A stretch of DNA of 36,525 nucleotides, from IMG/VR virus record IMGVR_UViG_3300031519_000083, positions 1 through 36,525 of that record, one strand, 5' to 3'. This DNA is from a virus. Lineage: Duplodnaviria > Caudoviricetes. The notes beneath the pieces were generated by a model. It was not told the DNA's origin, ran no database searches, and was given only the letters and a program-made list of their open reading frames with translations. The first letter of the stretch is position 1; each line of letters opens with the position of its first letter. The position numbers and the translations under genes were made by a program. Positions 33,018 through 36,525 of the stretch are shown piece by piece.

Positions 33018-33054
33018 AAAAATACCACAGAATTTTTAGGCTCTGTGGATATTT
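33018..33054 (-). terminator. Rho-independent terminator
   Basis: Minus strand AAATATCCACAGA-gcctaaaaat-TCTGTGGTATTTTT just after the 33061 stop. Confidence 0.7.
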
Positions 33055-33060
33055 AATTAA

Positions 33061-33429
33061 TTAGGCAGTCCAAGCATTTTGTGTATATGTCACATATGTT
33101 TGAGGCGTAGTTACTACCTGTCTACCAGAGCCAGTTTGTGCTGCTGGAGCTTGTAATACAAGCACAGGCGATCCTACAGTAGATACAATACCTCCTGGAT
33201 TAGCTCCCATAGCTTTGTAGATTGCTTCTACTACAGAGTTATTAGCTACACCCGCTGCTAATGCTACAGAGTGAGTGATAACCCAGTTTGCAGTTGCGCT
33301 AGTGTTTAATTGAATAGTTGTTGCAGTTCCACCTCCGTTAGTTGTTACCGCTGCGATTTGATCAATCGCAATTAATACTGTTGGCTGGTTTGCAGCTGCA
33401 GTACAGTTAAATTTAATAAATTTTGCCAT
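33061..33429 (-). CDS. Probable abundant structural (capsid decoration-like) protein
   Basis: Start reassigned to MAKFIKF (ATG 33429, preceded by AAAA). A/T/V/G-rich, ANPGG motif, followed by its own terminator. Confidence 0.65.
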   Translation of the reverse strand: MAKFIKFNCTAAANQPTVLIAIDQIAAVTTNGGGTATTIQLNTSATANWVITHSVALAAGVANNSVVEAIYKAMGANPGGIVSTVGSPVLVLQAPAAQTGSGRQVVTTPQTYVTYTQNAWTA

Positions 33430-33432
33430 TTT

Positions 33433-33458
33433 TGTTAGTGTTAGTGTTAAGTTAGTGT
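33433..33458. repeat. Short tandem repeat (GTTAGT-like x4)
   Basis: tgttagtgttagtgttaagttagtgt; on the minus strand ACACTAACTTAACACTAACACTAACA, immediately upstream of the ATG at 33429. Confidence 0.7.
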
Positions 33459-33499
33459 GTGGCATTTTGAGTTTTATAACAGATCTCTACTGTTTTTTT

Positions 33500-33775
33500 T
33501 TACATTCCTCCTTTAGAGTGCTTTGACATCCAAGAACCAGATGCTCTAGAAGCTATAGGATTATCATTTAATAAGTTGCTTTTTTCCTGTTGGTTAGACT
33601 CCATGTGTGGTCCTTTGCTTTTTCCATACATGTAAGGCCCTTCCCCCGCTGCTTCTTTTACAGCCTGCTTAGCTTCGTACTTACCGTCTTTTCTTACAGA
33701 TGCACTTGATGATTTAGAATCAGCAATAGCGTTACGAGATTCGTCTTGTGAAATTCTTTTTCTTGATTTGTTCAT
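33500..33775 (-). CDS. Small basic hypothetical protein
   Basis: 91 aa, K/S-rich; duplicated GPxM motif (GPYM, GPHM). Confidence 0.7.
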   Translation of the reverse strand: MNKSRKRISQDESRNAIADSKSSSASVRKDGKYEAKQAVKEAAGEGPYMYGKSKGPHMESNQQEKSNLLNDNPIASRASGSWMSKHSKGGM

Positions 33776-33793
33776 TTTATATTTATTTATTGA

Positions 33794-34075
33794 TTAACAT
33801 TTCCATCTTCTTCTTGCAGCTAATCCTCTCTCACCTTTCCATCCTTTGGACCTAGCGCAAAAAGATTTTCTTCTGCCGGCAGCTTTACTACCTTTTTTAA
33901 CTTTACCTGTTACAGCTGTTTTAAGTTTACTTCCAGGGTTTTGTTTCCTGTACTTTTTAACACCAGCAGATGTCATACCAGCTCCTTCTCCAGTTGTTCG
34001 AAAGTTTCGACCTTTTCCTTTAGTTGTTTTACGAACTCTTAGGAAAGGTGATGAGTCTGGCTGAATATATGGCAT
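33794..34075 (-). CDS. Highly basic small phage protein (DUF6321-like)
   Basis: GAGMT..GV..YR..NPGSKLKTAVT...RRKSFCAR...ARRRWKC signature. Confidence 0.8.
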   Translation of the reverse strand: MPYIQPDSSPFLRVRKTTKGKGRNFRTTGEGAGMTSAGVKKYRKQNPGSKLKTAVTGKVKKGSKAAGRRKSFCARSKGWKGERGLAARRRWKC

Positions 34076-34076
34076 G

Positions 34077-34229
34077 TTAATTTTTTTTCTTTAAATGAAT
34101 CCATTTATGTACTGTATAACCTATAGTTATCAGTAGTAGCGTAATTTTTAATAAACTATCTATGTGTGTCATAGTTATAGCCATAGTACCTATACTGAGT
34201 GTGTATAATTTGATATCCTCAAGGTTCAT
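34077..34229 (-). CDS. Small membrane protein, 50 aa (holin/antiholin-like)
   Basis: Hand-translated MNLEDIKLYTLSIGTMAITMTHIDSLLKITLLLITIGYTVHKWIHLKKKN. TAATG-coupled to the upstream gene; hydrophobic helix plus basic tail. Confidence 0.7.
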   Translation of the reverse strand: MNLEDIKLYTLSIGTMAITMTHIDSLLKITLLLITIGYTVHKWIHLKKKN

Positions 34230-34438
34230 TACATTTGACCTTTAGCTCGTTGAGTAATAGGTAGCTTGTAAGAATCACATCCACAGCTAGCTTTAGATAT
34301 TTCCATACCATAAGTTCCTGAACTAGATCCTTTTCCCATTGGAAAACCTGTTGTATTCAACGGTCCATCCCAAACAGCGTTCTCACCTACTTGCCCTTGT
34401 AATTGTGCTTTGCCAAACATTGCTTTTTTATCTTTCAT
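34229..34438 (-). CDS. Small hypothetical protein
   Basis: Start reassigned to MKDKKAMF (ATG 34438); GQVGENAVWDGPL...FPMGKGSSSG motif. Confidence 0.7.
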   Translation of the reverse strand: MKDKKAMFGKAQLQGQVGENAVWDGPLNTTGFPMGKGSSSGTYGMEISKASCGCDSYKLPITQRAKGQM

Positions 34439-34448
34439 AGTGTATATT

Positions 34449-34688
34449 TTAAAATTGTTCGAAATCTTCTTGTTGCACACCAGGTTCTCCATTGTAATCT
34501 GGATCCATCTTGTAAAGAGGAGCAGGTAGTGATTGACCACCAAAAACACTCTGACCAATTTGCTGTTGAGGTTGAGTTATAAAATTTTGAGGACGTCCGC
34601 CTTGCATGTTAGCTGGCATTTGTTGCTGTGGTTGTTGCTGAGGGTTTGCCATTGGCATACCTGTCATTGGATCTATTTGTTGTGTCAT
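34449..34688 (-). CDS. Small Q/P/M-rich protein
   Basis: Start reassigned to MTQQIDPMTG (ATG 34688, 1 nt after the upstream stop); acidic C-terminus DYNGEPGVQQEDF. Confidence 0.65.
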   Translation of the reverse strand: MTQQIDPMTGMPMANPQQQPQQQMPANMQGGRPQNFITQPQQQIGQSVFGGQSLPAPLYKMDPDYNGEPGVQQEDFEQF

Positions 34689-34689
34689 A

Positions 34690-35136
34690 TTATCTACTTT
34701 TATCTTTGTTAACATTATCTATAGCCACTGTCAATACTTTATCAGTATATGAATTACCAGCTATAATTTTATTGAATCTTTTAGTTGTTGGTATATCTTC
34801 TTGTCCAAGCATAATTCTATACATCCTAGCTATAAGTTGTTTACACTTAAAACTTACTTTGTATATATTATATTTCTGAGTAGTTCTGTTTCTATTACGC
34901 CACACAACTATCCAGCCTTCTTGCAATAATCTATTCCATCTTCTGTTGTCCCAACTATAAGAATAACTACCCATTTTGAAATCTTGTTTTGTGAAAAACT
35001 CCATACAATCAAAGTAGATTAACAATTCTAAATCAGCATCATTAAGATCGTTGTTCTTACAAGCCCATCTTCTTATTATTCTGTAGTGCTTTAGCAGGTT
35101 TAAATCTTTTATATCCCTTGCATCTAGCTTTCTCAT
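34690..35136 (-). CDS. Hypothetical protein, possible winged-helix DNA-binding protein
   Basis: ATGA overlap with groES. LNDADLELLIYF...RLLQEGWIV...IYKVSFKCKQLI resembles MarR-type wHTH spacing. Confidence 0.6.
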   Translation of the reverse strand: MRKLDARDIKDLNLLKHYRIIRRWACKNNDLNDADLELLIYFDCMEFFTKQDFKMGSYSYSWDNRRWNRLLQEGWIVVWRNRNRTTQKYNIYKVSFKCKQLIARMYRIMLGQEDIPTTKRFNKIIAGNSYTDKVLTVAIDNVNKDKSR

Positions 35137-35399
35137 AGAACAACAACTACATCTTGTAATTTTATAACATGATAAGTTTCTTTATTTACTTCAATCTTAT
35201 GTCCCGCATGCCTATCAAAAAATATTTTACCATTATCCTCTAAGCCAGTTGCAGCAGCTTCATCACCTAGTGAAACTATAGTAGCTTCAGTGTATCTAAT
35301 ATCTTCTCTTTGAGTTTCTGCAAGTAAGAGACCACCTTTTGTAATGGTAGTCCCTTCTTTTAGTTTTCTTATAATTATATTTCTACCTACTGCTTTCAT
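35133..35399 (-). CDS. groES: Co-chaperonin GroES
   Basis: MKAVGRNIII...TTITKGGLLL (mobile loop)...ATIVSLG...IFFDRHAG..I...YHVIKLQDVV. Confidence 0.9.
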   Translation of the reverse strand: MKAVGRNIIIRKLKEGTTITKGGLLLAETQREDIRYTEATIVSLGDEAAATGLEDNGKIFFDRHAGHKIEVNKETYHVIKLQDVVVVL

Positions 35400-36525
35400 C
35401 GATTCTCAAATTATTGATTACACAATCTGTTGATAAAATAGTAGTAGCTACTGAAGCTGCATTTACTAACGCGCTTTTTGTAACAAGTAAGGGATCGATA
35501 ATACCTGATTTAATCATATTAACCATTTTCCCTGTAACCACATTAAGACCTTTTCCTTTACCTTTTGGAAATTCATAGTTGTTTATACCAGCGTTTTCTA
35601 ATATTGTTTTAAAAGGCGCTCTAACGGCTTCTAGCAATAATGTCTCACCCTCTGATTTAGCAACTATTTTTTCCGATGCATTTAATAAAGCAATTCCTCC
35701 ACCAGGTACAATACCTTCTTTGATTGCTGCTTTAGTAGCGCAGATAGCATCTTCAACTCTATCTGTTTTTTCTTTTAATTCAATATCAGAGTTAGCACCA
35801 ACTTTAACGATAGCTATTTTAGCGGCTAGCATTGCTAGTCTTTTCTCTAACTTGATTATTTGATAAGCTTGTAAATTATCTTTAGATAATTCATCTTTAA
35901 TTCCTTTGATTATGTCAAGTATCTCTTCAGATGCTTCACCAACCTGTATTACAGTCTCTTCGTGAGAAGTAACACTTTTTAAGCAAGATCCTAGGTGTTC
36001 TACTTGGATCATATCCATATCGTCTCCTAAGTCTTCATTTATAATTGTAGCACCTGTTAGTAGAGATAAGTCATCTAAGACTTCTTTCTTACTAATTCCA
36101 AATGTAGGTGCATCGATAACGTTTACCTTTATGTTACCCTTCATTTTGTTCATAGCTAGAGCAGATAAAACACCTTGATCTAAATCGCCTATAATAAGCA
36201 AAGGTTTATTGTTTTTTATTACGTACTCTAACACTGATTGTATTTGTCTGATAGTATCTACTGGAGATTCTATTAATAATACTAAAGGGTTTTCAAGTTC
36301 AGCGGTTTTTGACTGAAGGTTTGTAACGAAATGAGAGTTTGTCAGTCCTTTATTATACTGAACACCATCAACGACTTCAACTTCTGTTTTACCATTAGCC
36401 GACGTTTCCATCATTACTACACCTGTGTTATCCACTGCTCTAAAAGCATCTGCTATAATTTTACCAAGTTCAGGATCGTTGTTAGTAGATATTGTAGCTA
36501 TTTGATCTATCATGTTACCTTTCAC
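35383..36525 (-). CDS. groEL: Chaperonin GroEL (5' end outside the window)
   Basis: QIATISTNND..LG..IA.A, VIDAP.FG, IVKVGA.S.IELKEK.DRVEDA..AT.AA..EGIVPGGG, GIIDP..VTKSAL.NAASVA...L.T. Confidence 0.97.
   Translation of the reverse strand: MKGNMIDQIATISTNNDPELGKIIADAFRAVDNTGVVMMETSANGKTEVEVVDGVQYNKGLTNSHFVTNLQSKTAELENPLVLLIESPVDTIRQIQSVLEYVIKNNKPLLIIGDLDQGVLSALAMNKMKGNIKVNVIDAPTFGISKKEVLDDLSLLTGATIINEDLGDDMDMIQVEHLGSCLKSVTSHEETVIQVGEASEEILDIIKGIKDELSKDNLQAYQIIKLEKRLAMLAAKIAIVKVGANSDIELKEKTDRVEDAICATKAAIKEGIVPGGGIALLNASEKIVAKSEGETLLLEAVRAPFKTILENAGINNYEFPKGKGKGLNVVTGKMVNMIKSGIIDPLLVTKSALVNAASVATTILSTDCVINNLRIDESSR

Noticed and set aside
34449-34505. EF-hand/dockerin-like Ca-binding loop DYNGEPGVQQEDF
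   Set aside because: Too degenerate (Pro at the conserved Gly position, single copy) to call.
34439-34558. N-terminal extension of the 109-aa ORF (and similar extensions at 33430-33465, 34689-34715, 581-586)
   Set aside because: They overlap upstream genes or leaders; downstream ATGs with A-rich context and tight coupling are better starts.
222-35863. All + strand ORFs in the track (e.g. 4282-4701, 8530-9018, 10387-10734, 28833-29153)
   Set aside because: They lie antisense to well-supported minus-strand genes and have the S/L/F-rich composition of shadow ORFs, with no recognisable motifs.
1-36525. Stop-codon reassignment as in some crAss-like phages
   Set aside because: Genes are intact under the standard code, and TAA, TAG (portal, groEL) and TGA (groES) all occur as stops at sensible positions.
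1-36525. tRNA, rRNA, CRISPR arrays, integrase, introns/inteins, DGR
   Set aside because: Intergenic gaps are too short and show no cloverleaf or repeat-spacer pattern. TerL, portal and MCP are uninterrupted, and no reverse transcriptase or recombinase motifs were seen.

Overview
This window is the virion/morphogenesis arm of an AT-rich tailed dsDNA phage. It looks like a crAss-like or marine flavobacterial (Bacteroidota) podophage, and essentially every real gene is on the minus strand. Reading from the right: groEL (cut by the window edge) then groES, a cluster of small basic or membrane proteins (including an HExxH zincin and a 3-TM holin), a tandem-GroES-domain protein, probable TerS, TerL, portal, scaffold, major capsid protein, ring/adaptor proteins, a two-gene tail nozzle ('muzzle') protein, a cupin, three ejection/cargo proteins, an M15 endolysin, several tiny basic proteins and a bidirectional terminator. 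The most notable observations are: (1) the 2717-aa cargo protein has no RNA-polymerase DxDxD motif and instead looks like a polyprotein, with a zincin, a sigma70/ECF-like module and a PcfJ-like 'WC' module separated by five repeated [FL]SK linkers, which suggests an injected, proteolytically released sigma factor; (2) two +1-frame overprinted ORFs in locally GC-rich stretches, a 45-aa MPFKSKKQR protein inside the scaffold gene and a lipoprotein-like ORF inside terL; (3) an expanded chaperonin set; (4) a recurring AyAnGTAAywwTA candidate promoter. All protein calls are by eye from motifs and synteny; no database searches were run.
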